Shown here: in pieces, positions 1 through 21,675 of the stretch
Numbering within the stretch: the stretch's first letter is position 1
How the letters are laid out: each line of letters opens with the position of its first letter
DNA from: Amoebidium appalachense
Taxonomy: Eukaryota > Protista > Ichthyosporea
Direction of reading: 5' to 3'
DNA: 64,000 nucleotides
Assembly: GCA_963693365.1 (NCBI GenBank)
Contig: CAVNZM010000010.1
Location: 9,196,554 to 9,260,553, forward strand
Made by a program: the position numbers and the translations under genes
Notes under the pieces: model-generated
Database searches by the model: none
What the model was told of the DNA's origin: nothing
What the model saw: the letters and a program-made list of their open reading frames with translations, nothing else

Positions 1-649
1 GCCTGTGTGCGCATATCCACACCGGGGGTCGCCACAGCACGTACCCTCAGGGGGGGAGCCAGGGGGTCTTCAGGCAGGTTCAAACTGGTCTGCCGCGTGG
101 GCCGCGCCCGCAGAGTCCTTGGGCCGACCGGCATGGTGGGCACCCTCCTCCGTCGAGGCAGGCACACACAGCGTGCTGTACGTGCGAGTAGGGCCTCCGC
201 TGGGGGAGGCTTGAGCTGTGCCGCTGAGTCATGACAAGTTGCCCGAGTTTCTCCCCGACGGAGGCACTCAAGGGACTCGCGGACCGCCTCACGGTATCTA
301 CAGCTGATTGGAGCGGTACGCACCATTATTACCATATTTGGTGTGCAATAAAATCGTGGCTCACTGCATGCGCCGATGATGATGGGTGGGCTTCGAACAG
401 TGTGCTTCGAACACGGATTGCATGTATGAAGCACGGGCCAGGCAGCCAAGGTGGAAGGAGGGCACTGGCTGCACCCTGCACGCAACAACAGCACTGGGAG
501 CCAAAGATTTTGGAGTGTCACGTGAGTGCTGAGCGATTGGGAAAGGAACCGGTCACCCTGCCCGACAGTGTACAGGCGGCACATCGTTAGCTAAGGCTTT
601 TTTGATTTGAAACGGGGAGGGGAGTAGTAGTAAGTTGGGGGGTGGTGGT

Positions 650-691
<42 letters not shown>

Positions 692-2119
692 GGGGAGGGG
701 GGGCGGGGAGGGAGGGGAGGGGGGGGGGGGGGGAGGGGGGCACCTCCCCCTCGAAGGCCCCCCCCACCCACCACCCCTCCGCCGGCTGGGGAAGGGGGGG
801 GGGACACACCACCGCCCAGGGGAGGGGGGAGGGGGGGGCTACCCAAATATGACTAATATATATATAGTATGTATATTGGACACCAACTTGAAAACATATG
901 GCATTGGCACCTTCTCTACACCCACTAATTGGTATCAATTATCAGGCCCTGGGTCAAATTGGACCTACTTACTAGCTAGCATCCCCCCCCCCCCCCTCCC
1001 CCCCCCCCCCCCCCCCCCCCCCTCCCTCCCTCCCTCCCTCCCTCCCCCCGGAACGACCGCCGGCCCGTGGGGGCCTCCCCTCTCTACGACCCTTAAGATC
1101 TCATACGGAGACCGCAATGGCTGGTTGCTCATGACCACTGATTTTCTCGACAATGTACAGTAAAGCACCCTTGCACACGCAGGCACGCACACGTGCGCGC
1201 ACGCTCTCCAATACGCTCATGATCACAGACTGCCGTAGGGTAATATGCTCTTCCCTGTATAATGATGCGTGCGCGCACACGTGGCACACATTCTGAGTGC
1301 CATTTTTCCTCTCTAACTGCTTCCCCTTTAATATTCCCCTCTCCCCCCCCCCCCCCCTCCCCCCCACCACCACCACCATCACACCACCACCCTCTTTTTT
1401 TCGCTCTTTATCCCCCCCCCCCCCCCCCCCCCCTCCGCCTCCCCCCCCCCCCCCCCTCCCCCCCCCCCCCCCCCCCCGTTATATGTCTGACGCAATTTCA
1501 TCCGTGCATCATGCGCCATCATGCATGCTCATCATTTGCAATTGAACAACCGTTCACACACACACACACACACATATATATTATGGCAAGCCAGACACAC
1601 ATGCCACAAAAGGCACTTGCGCGCATGAAGATTTGGGCCAGAGAATTTGGGAGCTCTCCCAATCACTGACACACACACACACAACACACGCACACATATG
1701 CACACAAACGCACACACAGGCAAACACGCACTGAGACACACATGCACAGTGACACCCACACGTGTGCACACACCCTCTTCTCTAGCACACACGTGAACCC
1801 ATGTAATTTTGCACATGCTAAGCGCATTGCGTCTACACAGCTTGCACATGTGGCACGACGTTTACTTGCACACTGTCAGGCCACCACAGTGATTAGCAGT
1901 GCCGAATGCCCACCCACCTTAAGGACACATACACACACGGTCCCACGTCTACACGGCACAAAAGTTGCAGACACACACTCCCAGTGACATGTTGTGCATG
2001 GTAGGTTTACCCTAACTTTGTCAAAATTCGAAGCCCTGGTTAAATTTTAGGAAGGGAAGAAGACCTAGTACAAACTTTATGTTGGGGATAGTGGTGGAGT
2101 GAGAGGGGGGAGGGGAGGG

Positions 2120-2151
<32 letters not shown>

Positions 2152-2222
2152 AAGGCGAGCCTCCCAGAACTTGAGAAGGTACGCAGCTGCGGCCGGCGCG
2201 GAGGGTCCCGTTGGATTCCCCG

Positions 2223-2274
<52 letters not shown>

Positions 2275-3427
2275 ACCACCCCACCAAAGAGGTGGGTCCC
2301 CCTTCCCCCCGGAGGGGGGGGGGGGGGGGGGGGGGACCCACCACCCCGGTGGCCAGCTTAGGGAGGGGGGGGGGGGGCACCCATCCCCTCGAGCAGGTGG
2401 ATCCCCCCCTCCCCCAGGGGGGGGGGGGGGGGGGGGGGACCCACCACCAGGGGGGACCTCAATACTTACTACTGCCCATCCCCCCATTTCAAATTCAAAA
2501 ATGCCTAAGCTCTAACTAGCTAACTTATTACGGTGTACATTCATGAGTGCTTTGCTGTGGTCTATGAGCAGATGTTTCAAGTCCATGTGGTTTTGAATTT
2601 GCCTTGCTGCATTACGTATGAGGGCGTGCTTGACATTGTGCACGTGTTCGTAGACATGGCCATGGTGCGGTAGTGCACGTGCGTGAGTTCGTCCTCGCAC
2701 ATTCGTCCGGCATGGTGCACAGCTCAGACAGCACCCATAGTAATGCCGCACATGCACCCCATGGCATGTACACACACAACAGACATACGTTGAACAAAAA
2801 TGCATGAAAGATGTCGTGCTATGCATATACCACTGGGCCAGGCAAACCTGCATGAAGCTCCCAGTGGCTTAATTAGCAATGATGATGAGTAATAAACCAT
2901 ATCATTCGATTGTAAAAAATTAAGAAACCGCTGAAATCTTTCCAAGCACACAAAGATAAACCTTGCACACACATGTGTAAAAATATGCGCATACGCTTCG
3001 ACACACTCTCAGCCAGACTCTAATAATTCGTACCTACAGGCTATCACACGTGACCACGTACTGGTAGGTCGCATTACGGGAAAGCGTGGAAGGCATACGA
3101 GAGGAGGGAACGTACAGGAGGTCTGAAACTGAGTTTCTTTTTTTGCATTCGTGTGAAGTAAAGGAAGCCTACCAGCTGCCCTCGTGTCATTCAACCAGCT
3201 AAGATCATTCGGCACACACTAAGGTTCGTACTGCTGGTCAGAGACTATGCCTCTGCACATACGAACAGAACCCGGCCAGGGGCATATCGATATCATTCAA
3301 GGATATTGCCTAATGCCTACACGAACAGAACAACTATCTACACTGCCGCTGCCAAGTGCACAGGAAGCACAACAGCAGGCATTAATCATGTACACTAGGG
3401 TTTGGAGAGAATTAGTATGTACTAGCG

Positions 3428-4957
3428 CTACAGATGCACGTGATTGGCCACGTCTGCCACGACGTGCTGATGCTGGGGCTCGATCAATGCCTTCAGCTCG
3501 CTAAAAATAGTCTCCAGCTCGAGTGCATCCAGGCCCTCCACTCCGTCCAGCCACTGCATGCCCCCGCCCTGCCCTGCGGCCCCAAGCAGCTGCAGAGGGT
3601 CGTCGCCTAGCAACAGGTCATCGCCCAACAGCATGGTGTCGTCCAGAGAGGGCGACAGCAGCATGGAAAACACAGAGTCGCTGGTCATGGGGGTGGCCGT
3701 GCCCGGGTGGGCCGCCAGCCGGGGAGGCACCGAGGACGTGAAGGAGTCGGGGCTGTATGTGTGCAGCAGGTCGATGGGCAGCGTGTCGGCCCTGGCCAGC
3801 ACAGAGTGGGCCGAGGAGGAGGACGAGGGCATGATGGATGCTGTCGGTAGCCGGGCGGCCGTCAGCGCACTCTCTGACTTGGAGCGGTGGCTGCGTACCT
3901 TGCGCACGGGGGTGGGGTGGCTGTGTGGTGAGTCAGACTGGGGGCTTGCTGGTGCCGACTGTGTGTCTTTGCTGCTGGGTGCACGTGCACTGGCTAGCAT
4001 CTCCCCGTCGTGCTTAAGGCGTATGTGGGTGGCCAGAGACGAGCGTGTGGCATACCTGCACGGTGGGGCATCAGTAAGCATGCGGGCAGCATGGTGCGAG
4101 CAGTTGTTAACTAAAGCAAGAGGCAGTGGATATTCTGAATGCTGAGATAACAGCTGTTGGCAAAAATACAAATGTATTTTCGCATGTAATAGTGACCGGT
4201 TTCGGGCACGAGAGATAAATCTCCAGTAACAACATGGCCAGATTGAGTAGTGAGTCTCTGCGCATGTTGCCATCTGGCGTGCACATAGCCTGCTGGCACT
4301 AATAATAATTGGCCAGCTATCTGCTACCTGCTCGAGATCTATCATAGTATGCATGAAAACATTATGACCGCGGGCTTTTGGTTAACCCCATTTCACAATG
4401 TCGAACATCTACAGAGAAGATATTTGAGGGGGAGAGTAACGGTAGTGGGCTAAAAGGTGTTGGTCAGTCGCGAAGGGAAGCCTTTGTAAACACAGCAACC
4501 GGGGAGGTTGGAAGAGGGAAAGGAGAAAACTCTGGGAGCTCGGAGACTTTTGGCGGTGAATCCGGAGAAGCAGCCGTGCTCCTTGGGGGCAAGGGGTGGG
4601 GGTGGGGGGGGGGGGGGGGGGGGGGGGGGAAGGGGGAGGAGGGGACAGTAGGGGGGGAACAAACCTGCGGGGACAGGAGTCGTGGGGGCAGCCGTAGTCT
4701 CTATTGAGCTCCTTGAAGGTGCGGCGGCGGCCGATGCGTGAGCCCGTGCGATGCTGGTTGGGGGCCACATAGAAGGCCATCTGCTTGCCCACCATGCGGT
4801 TGCTGCCGGCCTCGACCATGGGCAGCTCCTGCACCATGCAAGTCATGCTGAACTTGCCCGCCTCAGACCCTGCCCCTTTCCCCACGGTCGGCGCCGGTGC
4901 CGGCGGCCAGAGTGGCGCAATGGCTAGCGGCGTGTGGGTGGGCCGTACACTACACAT
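3428..4957 (-). CDS. Single C2H2 zinc-finger protein, putative transcription factor (2 coding exons: 4957-4665, 4055-3428)
   Basis: Removing the phase-2 GT..AG intron 4664-4056 rebuilds RRRTFKELNRDYGCPHDSCPR|RYATRSSLATHIRLKH (C-x4-C-x12-H-x4-H with a basic prefix like fungal Con7-type fingers). Followed by an S/P-rich linker and an acidic D/L-rich tail. Start codon uncertain. Confidence 0.85.
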
Positions 4958-6401
4958 GGTGCCCGCATGAATGCAAGCCTCGCGATCGTGCTGCAATGTA
5001 TTCAAAAAGGCCCCAAATGTTTAGCTGACTTCCCTTTGCACGGGACTGTTTGCAAGACTCTGTCTATTGCTGTTGATGATACGCTGTAATGTGTGTACAT
5101 GTGTACCACTGTTATGGGGTATGCAATGATTAGGTGCTAACATGTATATTAGTGCTGTATAAAGATTAAGTGGTACAAGATTTCAGATACTATCCCTATC
5201 GCAGCACATATGCTTCGGATCCGCTATTACCGTAGTCAAGCATAATTCATGTACAGAACCCAGCTTCTTTCAAAGACAACTATGAGCCGCAGCAGGGTAT
5301 ATAATAGTGTGTGCCTTTTACAACTGTCTGCTGACAACAGCTATTGTTGGTAGCGCATGGCGGCGTCAACTGGCGAGCGAGACTCATCTGCCGGCTGGCG
5401 CATTTTATATGAGTGCGTGCCAAAGCCCGAGACTTGTTTTGATTGGTGGCTCACGAAAGCCAGACTGAACACGAGGGATCGTCAGGGCTCGAACGGTAGA
5501 CGAAGTGATGACGATGTCATACAGGACCCACACGGGCTTTGCTAAATATTCTCCGATGCACATAAAGAAAAAAAGAAAAGAACACATATAATAACTGAAT
5601 TTTTTCCTTTGCGTCTCCCTCTCTTTGCTCGAACCTCGCTCCTGGCGTCTAAGCCTGGTCAAGCCCCGCAGACGGCGATCGCGAGCACACTGAGCAAGCA
5701 TGACGAAATTATTCTGTAGACCCGGTGCGCCTATTTGATTGGCTTTTAAAGCATCCAATCAACATTGCTTCTGGCTTTACAACATTCCATTTTCATCACG
5801 CGTCTCTCTTATTGGTCCTCTTTCGGGCTTTCGGGGGTGGTTCCTGTCCAGCCAATTACGCAGGGCCGGCAGGAAAACAATTCAAAACATCATCTTTCTA
5901 ATTATTTAGGCTGAGGGCCTGAGGCGTGATGCTCTTCAGTGGTTTGCAGCGTGGCAGTAAGTACCTTATAAAGGTAGTAGAAACAAATCGCATCCCTGTC
6001 ACGCAGCATTTTCAACATGCACGCTTGCTCTTTGCGGGTGGCCCAGTATCACTGCTGCAATTATGGTGCCGCTCGATTGTGCTTTAGCACCCGTGGACAT
6101 GTAGCATCCCGCCAAGCAGGTCAATAATTTGCAGCCCTGGACCGTGTATGCAGTGATTGGCCATCATTTTTGTTGCATTCCATACTTGATCTGATTGGCT
6201 AGCCGTCTGGAGGAGGGCAAACACATTTTGATAGATGGAAAGCCTTATCACCTCCGTGATTGAGCCCTTCTGCCAGCAGCTGAGCAGGGTCCACATTAGT
6301 ACGTGCCCAGCCTCCAGTTGATAGCTGTGCGTGCACGGCACATACACATAGATGCGCTCTGCGGGTTTTAGTATCTAGATCTGTGGGCCAGTGTGTTTGT
6401 G

Positions 6402-7075
<674 letters not shown>

Positions 7076-7421
7076 TGTACTGTATACCGTAACGATGTGG
7101 CAATATTTTATGATCACAAGCATTATAATTCGAGTCGAGCAGAACCAGTACCCGTCCGGCTGCCGATAAGCTGCCGGTATAATAAACACGTGTCCTCAGA
7201 GTCTCGGATCACCCGGCAAAATGCCTTTGCAATTGGGCACGGGGTTCGTCCTCGCTTGCTAGCCGTGAGAAAACGGGGGGCCGGATGACCATCATGGGAG
7301 TTCTTTTCTTCCTGGGCTGAGTGGTGGTGGTGGTGGTGTGTGTGTGTGTGCATGTGTGCGTGTGTGTGTGTATGTGTATGTGTGTGTGTATGCTTTGATG
7401 AGGAGGGAGGGGGGGGGGGGG

Positions 7422-7452
<31 letters not shown>

Positions 7453-7748
7453 ATATGATAATAATAAGAACAAATTCAATAGGGATCACGGGAACGAAAA
7501 GTTGAACCCGTGCGTGTGGATGAAAGTGGTGTACATGTCCGATCATGTCGGTGCGGTAGACCTGGGACGTCTGTGTCGTATACGCTACTGCATGAACTTT
7601 GATTTTATAGTCTCAGAAGCTTAGGTCCACGTGGGTATATTATCTAACAAGAGCCTGACAGCCTGACTCAGTAACAACGGGATATACGTATATGTCTGAG
7701 CTAGAGAGGATCGAGACATGGGTCATCCTCGCCCTGCAGCTGATCGCC

Positions 7749-7788
<40 letters not shown>

Positions 7789-9833
7789 CGGTGTACCCGG
7801 CCATTGAGGCGGATGTGCGTCTCTGCGGTGTGTGTGTGGGTGTGTGCAGCGCTCGCCTGATCATGAGGGGGTGGGGGTTCGGGGTGGGGTCCTTCTATGT
7901 TTGCATATCTTCAACTGTAAAGATATACATGGCGGCTCAGGCAGTGACATAAAAAAATATGAAATAATAATAAATATTAGTATTGTACAGTATTATCCTG
8001 CAGATTCTATTAACCTCTCGAGGACCGTAAATTTCACGAGATCGACATCTAGTCAACTCACATCGACACGAGTCAGTTTGTGCTCCAATGTGAGCATAAA
8101 GTTGTTAGGAACTAGCCAAATAAAAATAGCACGGGATTAGATTATACACTTATCCTTCGTCTTATGCAAAAAAACATCGAACTTTACTCTGATAACGGTA
8201 CCTTGTATATGTTGGGGTAACTACAAAGGGTGTTTGCCGGCTTCACGAGTCAATGACGACATCGATAAAATGCTGTCAATGCAATCTTCTGATTGGTCCA
8301 TTGTGAAAATGGCTCCAAATGGCAGAACATGATTGGCCGGCTCAGTCGACACAACTCCAAGATTCTCTCAAAATCTCGAAAGCCACTTCAGAAACAGATA
8401 TAAAAGTATACGAAATAATGATATTTTCCCCTAGCCATCTTAATAAAGTGTGTAGGTAAGACATATACCTGTCGGCATATGCAATTTATTTGAGCTTTTT
8501 CTATCGATTTTGAGCTGTTGTTTAGGTCCCAACCGGGACCCGGTTGAATCAATTAGGCCGGTCCTCAACAGGTTAAAGATCAGTCGACCTTTATAATGCT
8601 ATCTCGTACTAATTGACACATATGAAATACATACACCAATCAAATGCGACCAAATATTCCGCTTCAATTTGCTATGTGTCACGAGGCGACATGCGCCAAC
8701 TTTTGCGCAACGCAAAGCCTTCAACGGCCTGCCGTTGCAAAAGGATCTTTTTATTTTTATTTTTTTGCCCCTCGAAACACAGCGGTCTTGCGCACTCACA
8801 CCTCGAGGTTATCTTTTAAAACAAACAATAGAAACAAGGGAACAGGTGATGCTATTCAAGAATGGAGAGCGCGACCGGCCGAACAGCCCAGGAGCATGAG
8901 GCTAACGCTGTTTGTGCAAGGCGGCTTCAGAAACACACCCACAAACACGCACACAATCACATTCACCCTCTAACCAGGCTATTTCTCGGAGTTCTGCCCG
9001 AAGCCTATTGGGTTGCCAAGGGCATATGTACAAGTGTGATGCTTGAAAGATGGGTGATATTTATTCGTTAGCACTCAAACAGTTGGGGGCCTTCGCGTCC
9101 ACACATCCACTTAAAAGCTCGACGTCGGTACCCTCTCACACATACACACGAATATGCACACGCATATACACTGTGTGACGTCAACACATACACAGCACAC
9201 ACACAGACACACGTTCAGCTGTGTACGTGTGTTTGTGTTTGTGTGTGTGTGTGTGTGTGTGTGGGTGTGTGTGTGTGGGTGTGTGTGTGTGTCTGTGTTC
9301 GTGTGTGTGTGTTTGTGTGCAGATGTGTGCATGCGCGTGTGCGCACAAATGTCCGTGTGTGCGCACGCGACGGGCACGCTTTTGCACGTTTGTGCAAGTG
9401 TCCGTGTACCACAGGTGTGTACGTACCTGTGATTGCGTGGACGCATGTGGTTATTAAGTTAGTGAATCATTCCAACCGCAGTGCATGCATGTATAATTAT
9501 GTTCATACAATCACATCAAGGAATGCACAAGTACTGATTTGAACCACGAAAAGGACAGCTTCATGTAGCTACTGTTTTCTTTGTACGCCATAATTCCGTC
9601 TGTGTTCAAAAACTGAAATTCACAAGCATGACCAAGAAGTAAGAGTAAGTGGTAACGTGTGCTAATATGTGTGGAAAATACCATGGTGGGTGAGTGTGGT
9701 TGTTTGTGTGTGTGTGTAGGTTGGGAAAGAGGGGGTGGTGTATAGAAAGAGTAACAGCCTACGGTAGAAAGTACACATTCACGACGGACAATTGCAACTC
9801 ATCACACATAAAGAGTATGCCTCGTATATATGT

Positions 9834-9874
<41 letters not shown>

Positions 9875-10267
9875 CATCATGGCCATGGTTGCCCATCCGC
9901 TCAGGGCCTGACGTCTCAGTGGGCTGTGTAATTATGTAATGACTGGTGCACATGCAAGTGTGTAAGAAGCACTGTGGGAGGCGGTGGGGAGGTGCACTGT
10001 GGCACTTTGCCACAGTAAGCCAACCGTTTTTTGCTTTTCCAGTTAGACTATGTACACGTGCACGTGCAGGTCTGTAGGTTATTTTCTGTGTGTGTGTGTG
10101 TGCGCGTGTGTGTGTCACGAGTGTGTGTGTGTGTGTGTGTGTACGTGGGTACACATGTCATAATGGTGCACGTGAGTGGTAGTCGTGGTGTGTGCCCGGT
10201 GTGTTCGCGCACGCACGTGCATGCACTACATCACGGGGCATATGTACACACAGGGGGGGGGGGGGGG

Positions 10268-10897
10268 TTGAATGTTGAATGTGTAACACGGTACGAAGTA
10301 CGCATACAATATGAGAAGCATGGTGCAGGACACATGCAAAGGCAAACATTCAAGTATGCAACATCATCCATGCGCACAGTATGCGTCATAAGCAGAGCCC
10401 ATCCTCAGGGGGTTGCTAACTGAGTAAACAGGACCAGAACACTAACGAGAAGGATTGCATTCTAGGACAACCCAAAACCTGGTGACACAGACTTAGAGGC
10501 CACCGTGAGGGAACAGCAGGGATGGATCGCTCACGAGATTGCAGGGCCAAAAAAAAATGCGGCCAGGAAGGGTGTTGTGGTGTCGAATTGTGTTGGGAAG
10601 ATGTTCAGAAGGTGTAGGTTTGATTCTGAGAAGGCCGGGGGGGGGGGGGGGGGGAGGGGGGAGGGGTTTGAATGCGTCATAAAGTACGAAAAAAGGGGGG
10701 GTTAAAAAGCGGAACATGGTACGAAGTACAAGAACACGCTGAGAAACACGGTGAAGGACACAGGCAAAAGCAAACATTCAGGTATGCAACATCAGCAACG
10801 TGCGCAGTGTGCAAAATGAGGAACTCAGGAAACGGGGCTTCTAGGCCCCCCCGTCGATACCTAAGTCGATACTTCCCTGGCTAACATACCACACCAG
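10268..10897 (-). mobile_element. Cluster of three tandem copies of the poly(C)-associated element (10268-10636, 10667-10694, 10702-10897)
   Basis: The reverse complement matches copies at 36889-37171, 46066-46207 and 52198-52589 (CCCTGAGGATGGGCTCTGCTTAT; GTACTTCGTAC; CATTCAA + poly-C; CTGGTG..CCAGGGAAGTATCGACTTAGGTATCGAC). Copies are separated by G runs. Confidence 0.75.
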
Positions 10898-11184
10898 TCG
10901 AAAAAAATGAAGCCCCCCGGAAGAAAAGTAGGAAAGCGGTTAAGAGAGACCGCATGTGCATGGGAGAGAGGATGGTGAGTGAGTAAGAAGAGATAGAGGG
11001 AGTGAGGGAGTGAAGGGGGGGGGGGGGGGGGGGGGTGGAGATAGAGAGAGGAGAGAGAGAGAGGGAGGGAGGGAGGGAGAGAGGGAGAGTGGAGAGAGAA
11101 GAGGGAGAGAGAGAGAGTGTGTGTGTGTGTGTTTGAATGTGTGTGCATGCGCGTGTATGCCATGTTGAGTGTGAAGAGAGAAAA

Positions 11185-11218
<34 letters not shown>

Positions 11219-11539
11219 CTCCCGTAATGGGGGGGAAGCGAGAGAGAGAACGGAGGAGGAAGGAGGGAGGGAGGGAGAGGACGGAGGGGAGGGGAGGGGG
11301 GGGGGGGGGGAGGGGGGCAGCCGAGGGGGGAGGGAAGGGGGTAAGAGAAGGGAGGATAAGAGGGAAAGAGAGAGGCCAAGTGTGCATGTGAGAGCAGACG
11401 GTGCTGAGTGAAACGGGGGGGAGGGGGGGGGGGGGGGAGTGATAACAGAGAGAGGGGGGGGGGGGGGGGGGGAGAGAAAAGGGGGTAAGAGAAGGGAGAA
11501 TAAGAGGGAAAGAGAGAGACCGTGTGTGCACGTGGAGAG

Positions 11540-11608
11540 AGGGAGGGGGGTAGGGAGGGAGGGAAGAAGGGAGGGAGGGAGGGAGGGAGGGAGGGAGGGA
11601 GGGAGGGA

Positions 11609-11687
<79 letters not shown>

Positions 11688-11780
11688 GGAGAGATGGGGG
11701 GGGGAGGGGAGGGAGGGAGGGAGGGAGGGAGGGAGGGAGGGAGGGAGGGAGGGGGAGAGGGAGAGGGAGAGGGAGAGGGG

Positions 11781-11848
<68 letters not shown>

Positions 11849-11850
11849 AC
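11540..11850. repeat. (GA)n/(GGGA)n polypurine microsatellite block
   Basis: Directly visible. Confidence 0.9.
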
Positions 11851-11952
11851 AAGCATAGCCTAAAAACAAACCGAGCTCCACAACCTTTGCTCATGCATGG
11901 AGAGAGGGTGGGAGGATGGGAAAGATGGGAATGGGGAAGAACCGTGTGTGTG

Positions 11953-11997
<45 letters not shown>

Positions 11998-12013
11998 TGG
12001 TGGTGGTGGTGGT

Positions 12014-12065
<52 letters not shown>

Positions 12066-12257
12066 GGGGGCAAGGGGGTTTCATCGCGATAAAATGTTTT
12101 GGGCCATGATGTCATGGTTACAGAGCAAAAGCACGTGACTTGCAAATGGAGTCGGAGGCTTAAGGGAATTTCTTGACCGATGTGAGCGGCCGCAAGAGGC
12201 GACAAAAAAGATAAATAAAAAAAAGGAAAACCAAAATGGGTGGGTGGGTGGGTGGGT

Positions 12258-12290
<33 letters not shown>

Positions 12291-12422
12291 GTAGAGCACA
12301 AAAGTTGAAAGTTGGAAGATTGGGATTACTTAAACGTGTGCAGTAGGTGTTGGTAATAACGAAAAAAGAAAGAGGGGGGGGGGGGGGGGGAGGGGGGAGT
12401 AATTCGATTCAGCGATTCACAA

Positions 12423-12458
<36 letters not shown>

Positions 12459-13563
12459 CTCCTACCCTGAACCATAGTGTCAGAATGAGAACCACTTTGG
12501 TACTGCTGAAATGGTAACCGGCTGGCATCGGAATAGGAGGTCGAGCATGGCTCAGTGGTTTGTAACGTGTGCTCTTGGTAAGGACACAACTCAGGGCTCT
12601 ACTCATCTGCTCTACTCCGTATGCTCCAGGTCACCTTCCAAAGTTTGGGTGACTCTGGATGGCTCCCAGCCACCAACTCGCAAAATTTCTACCATCCTAA
12701 CACTATGAGCTGAAAATAATGAGCCCTGGAACGTTTCGCCTCAAGTGTAAGATATGGAAAAGACACGTGTCAACTCTATGTTAGCAACGGTTCCGTGCAA
12801 AATAAACAAAACATGAAACGTTGCAATTGGCCCATTGAGTCCACTGTTAGTGTTGGAGCGCAACGCTGTAGCGGCGCCAACGTGCGGCAACACTGAACTG
12901 CTCACTGCCCGCAATGCGCGATTGGCAGAATCGACTTGCGCAAGCATGATATCAGGGTCTCTGCCACCCAGCAAGATAGCATTCTGGTCTTTACTTCAAA
13001 CTGTGAACGGTGCGTTTGCGGTTTGCTTCCTTTTTTTTTGTTTGCTTTCTGCTTTTTCGTAAGATTTGATCAATTTGAGATTAACCAATCAATCGCGTCG
13101 TTATTCAAAGGACCTGGGCAAATAGAGATCTGTTTAACAATACGCATGATAATAAACCAATTGAAGAGCACGTTGAGTCTGACCTTCAGGTGTTGTCTCT
13201 TTCGGGCGCGCTATGCGTCGCTCTGGCTGGCACGTATTTACTGACTGTCCCTTACCGGCGCACGATCTAAAAATATTTTTCACAGTCATTAGCGGCACAT
13301 GACCAGTTGCTTGCGTGGCGATATACGCAGGACCCTTGAAAAATAAGAGCTACTTTCTGAGGTAGCTGGCTGGCGCTATGATGCCTGTGACTGACGCTCA
13401 TTAGCATCCAAGATAAGCAAATCGCCACGCGTTACTGAACCGGCTACTTTGGCGCTTATATTGTGACAGTTCCGACCGTCGGTCAGATCTGGCAGCCATT
13501 TATAAGGCATGCCCGCAACCGCAGGCAGGCATCAGTGACTGCACTGAGCACGGCCCAGCCAAC

Positions 13564-20204
<6,641 letters not shown>

Positions 20205-20563
20205 ACGTGGGAGAGAGCAATGGCTTAGGTGGGGCCTGGGTGGTGTGGTGGTGAGATTGAAATGGATAACTGAGGTCGGGTACTGGGTGGTGTGCGGTGT
20301 GGTGGCTGAGATTACAGATTACAATGGACAGTACGTCTTACGTGTGGCCTGCAGCCTCAGGATGTCCCTAGCTAATGGAATTTCAGTATGGGCTTAGGCC
20401 ATTTCGGGCAACTTGATGGTGCGGTATCTTGAAACAATTATGGACCTCAACCCCCCCCCCCCCCCCCCTCTCCCCGGCGCCCCGGAGTATTTGATGGACA
20501 GGGTATGTGATGCATATATGTGCTCACAGGTGAATCAAGAATGCTTGTCGGATGCAGTTGCAT

Positions 20564-20594
<31 letters not shown>

Positions 20595-20780
20595 TCCTCC
20601 CCTCCCTCCTCCTCCTCCTCCTCCCTCCCTCCCTCCCTCCCTCACCAACACCACCACCACCGTGACCAACACCACCACCGGGTCACATCCACACTGAATT
20701 AAAAACAAAGCAAAAAAAAAAGACTAGCCTGAAGAAAGAAATCCGAGCCTGGTGATTGTTTTGGTGGCGGTGGCATCGAT

Positions 20781-20886
20781 GATATCCGTATATGTACGAT
20801 AAAATAAGTTGTGGTGATGTCCGTGTATCAACGAATAAATAAGTTGTGGTGATATCCGTGTATCTGCGATAAACTCAGTTGCGGTG
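20781..20886. repeat. About 35-bp degenerate tandem repeat (AAGTTGTGGTGATATCCGTATATCTACGA family), short array
   Basis: Same unit as the array at 38590-39085. Confidence 0.7.
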
Positions 20887-21675
20887 CACGTTACTGTGAC
20901 AGAGCCTTTAGACACTTGGGGGGGGGGGGGGGGGGGGGGGAGGGGGCTTGTAGAGAGACAGGGAGGATGGGGGGCGTGGGGCAAGGCTCTGTCAGTGAGA
21001 GAAAAAGGGTAAGAAAAAGTGTACACTCGGCAAACATTTTCACCCCCGTGTATCGAGGGAGTGAGCGTGTATGTGTACATGGCACTGCTCCTATGCCACC
21101 GACTGTGTGTGTGGTGTGCCTGTGTACACTGCCGAAGGTGGGAATGCTCGTTGTAAATCATGTATGCGTTTGAGTGGACAGCCTGAGCTGTGCTGTGGTT
21201 TGTGCGTGTGCTTGGCTTATGCGAGTGCACACCTTGCCAATGTGGCTGTGTGGGTGTTCAAGACGTTTTTGATTTCGGATACGGGGAGGGGGGTAGCAGT
21301 TATTGAGGGAGTGGAGCATGATTGCAGCTGTTACCCCATCAAAAATAACCAAACTCTAACGCACCATTTTTGGCAGGTGGCCATGGCTGACTACTATGAC
21401 AAAAGGGCAAGTTTTGTCACCTTGCTGCCTAACTTTTTTGGCTGCGGCTCTGCCCGCTTCTTTCTACAAAACAATACAGTAAAAATCATAAAAAGCTCTC
21501 AAGAAGTAGCATACAACTGCTTTATTACCAAAAAAAGAAGCGCTTTCTGGGGAGGATAGCATTGCAACAAATTCAGCCGAAATGGCACTATGCGGCTCTA
21601 TATTAGTTAGATCTTTCACAATAGTTTGCATTCCTGAGCAGCAGTAGACTCAGAAAAATGGATCCTGTACAAACG

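Noticed and set aside
231-590. 119-aa ORF at the window start and the 2512-2853 (-) ORF as genes
   Set aside because: No recognisable motif or supporting splice structure; cannot be supported from sequence alone.
10268-10423. Recurrent peptide YEVRIxxEKHGAGHMQRQTFKYA as a small protein family
   Set aside because: It is the antisense translation of the repeat's 3' tail; there is no start codon and the frame is not conserved in the 46/52-kb copies.
12541-12614. tRNA or tRNA-derived SINE head (A-box TGGCTCAGTGG, weak B-box GGGCTCTACTC)
   Set aside because: The acceptor stem partly pairs but the D, anticodon and T arms do not; at best a decayed relic.
12592-12728. hAT-like MITE (CAGGGCTC...GAGCCCTG)
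   Set aside because: Only 8-bp inverted ends and no target-site duplication.
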